Below are positions 62,065 to 64,000 of a DNA stretch of 64,000 nucleotides, piece by piece (positions within the stretch are counted from its first letter, which is position 1; each line of letters opens with the position of its first letter). Under the pieces are notes generated by a model. The model saw only the letters and a program-made list of their open reading frames with translations, was not told the origin of the DNA and searched no databases. Location: positions 37,300 to 101,299 of the forward strand of contig NMRA01000213.1 of assembly GCA_002633005.1 (NCBI GenBank), written 5' to 3'. The position numbers and the translations under genes are program-made. This DNA comes from Phoronis australis. Taxonomy: Eukaryota > Animalia > Phoronida.

Positions 62065-64000
62065 ACATTTTGATTTCTTGAAAATTTTTATGCCAGAAAA
62101 AAATATGACGTTTCAGCAAGAGAATTGGCCGAAAATCGTCGGACCGAGAAACAGGTCACATCGTCCGACGCCGATCCAAGTAGTTTCAGTCCGAAGCACT
62201 GATGATTATGTGTGGCCACAACAAGTTAGCGAGTGGTAAGAGCACTTGTCGCCTATCGTGGGTGTCAAAAATAATCAACCGTGTGCTACAGATATGATAA
62301 AAATCTCTCAAGCACGCTCTGAATCGTAATGGAACTTATTCTGCGGATCAGTTAAGCGAAGGATCGAGGCATTACTTATAATGCTTTCTTCATTTGAGAA
62401 TGTGCACTGCAGCTCTAATTGCCTTGCTCTATTTGAAAATGAGAAGAAATTTATAAAGTTCACATACAATTGAAATTCAAGTGGGATAAAAGTTGCTTGA
62501 GGACTCATGTTATGAAAGGTTTACTGTCTTGCAATCTGCAGCAAAATCTAAAATACGCATCTCAAATATGGTGTCCTGTGGGCAGCTTATAACTACAATC
62601 TTGACGAGAGAGCATGGATGCGCACACACCGTGTTTATTCAAACAAAGACACGAGGAATGATCATTATTTCACATGGATAGTTCAGATATTGTGCGTTCG
62701 GAAGGCCCAGTGAAAACCCGCCTGAAAATTCACACTGGTTGTGAAACGTCCATTCTGTCTTCAAATCGCCCTGTCAAATTCATAAGATATATCTGCCTTT
62801 TTATTACGGTGAGAATTAACACCGCACTGAAGTGACGTAACTTGTGGGCATAGACATTTTTTGCCTCAACCACCAATAGGGGGCTCTTGGAACATCTAAT
62901 TAGCTTGCAAAAAGACGACGTAAAAAGCTTGTAGTTGTATCTTAGAGAAAAAGCAGACAACAATACAAAAAATTATGTATATAAATTATGAATGGCATGC
63001 GTGCTTCGTCTATATGTTTACACGGAGACTGTGGACGCGTTTAGAAGCCGACTCTGCCTTGCTCTCGTTTTTTATCTTCGTTGTGAGAGCCACTGGTATA
63101 GGAAGGAAGACACCCAAGGGGGCTACGGCCATCTGTTCAGTGCAAAAAATTCGTCAACTCGATCAACACTCATTGTAAATTTGCATTCGTATTGTAATGT
63201 CCCGGCAGGTTCCCGACTACGAATTTTAATCTCCATCAGTCACCAGAAATTTGGCGTTTGCACCCTCTTCCGGGTCATGAAAGACAATTTCATGAATGAG
63301 TCAGTTCATGACAGACATAAGGTAAACAAAGTTCAGCACAAGTAATGGTCTGGACTTCAAACATACCGAGTGACTGCCTCTGTGGCAAGGGGGGGAGGTG
63401 GGGGTGCGGGGTCAGGTGCCTCGGTGTTGTCCAAGGAGGGCACCTGTAGCCGGTTGCATGAAACAGTCCCAAATAGGGACTCAACTAAGGTCCCTTAATC
63501 TTTTTGCGTATTTGTATCTTTATGGACTCACAGATGCGATGTTTTTTTCTATCATTTCATCTTCATTACGAGCTCCTCTTTGATTTGTAACAGGAGTGCC
63601 CTGGACATGATTATGTAAGTGAGATATATGCGCCCTCTAGTGGTCAAGCTGTGTATTACGTATGGAATTTTCCTATGATGTTGAGTCCTTTGGACATGGC
63701 CAAATATGGTCAGAAGCTAGGAGCTAAGGGCCTTGCCCTTCAGATCGTGTCTGATTGGTTGAAATTGTGTACTTAAGCTTTGTCTCTGTCAGACACGAGG
63801 AGTCCAGTCGCAGAGTTCAAGAAGCAAACATTTACACCTTCACTCACACCAAATTGCAACTGTTTGTGCAGCTTTCGGGCTCCTCCCGAACTTGGTTGCC
63901 AATAGTTTAGCCCCATGCAATTCTCGGGCTCCTCCCGAGCTTGATTGCATCTCACCTTTCGGATCTGAATAACCAAATTGCCCCGTTCTTGCACACACAA

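Larger units (their letters stand above)
60720..62864 (+). repeat. Recent tandem duplication of tRNA plus ~800 bp of 3' flank (60720-61596 and 61989-62864)
   Basis: Near-identical sequence at an offset of 1269 bp, starting 3 nt before each tRNA. Confidence 0.92.

Noticed and set aside
63590-64000. Possible second HINE-like element with GCGCCCTCTAGTGG (63630) and duplicated TCGGGCTCCTCCCGA hairpins
   Set aside because: It is truncated by the window edge and its termini cannot be confirmed, so it is not called as a feature.

Overview
This is eukaryotic DNA, probably from an invertebrate animal (inferred from gene content), and the window has several assembly gaps. Protein-coding genes built by hand from splice signals and frame continuity: (1) the 3' part of a multi-exon CCDC87 orthologue (+, 10 exons, 9820-18606); (2) a RING/B-box/B-box/coiled-coil/NHL TRIM gene with an intronless CDS (+, 27258-29288); (3) a complete two-exon MRPL54 (-, 35563-30519, 133 aa); (4) two paralogous intronless class A GPCRs (+, 42081 and 57986). 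The GPCRs sit in a tandemly duplicated cassette together with tRNA-Val(AAC) genes. The three intact-looking tRNA copies all carry C instead of the near-invariant U33, and one degenerate copy keeps T33. The rest is dense with transposons: a Helentron/DINE-1-type (HINE) element holding a higher-order array of CTCF-like motifs, a family of 5-bp-TSD (hAT5-like) MITEs including a self-nested insertion inside a decayed hAT transposase, a 2.26-kb foldback element in the MRPL54 intron, Harbinger- and Tc1/mariner-type MITEs, a LINE 3' end and a THAP-domain remnant. Nearly all other ORFs in the track are spurious. No database searches were run, so family names rest on motif recognition.
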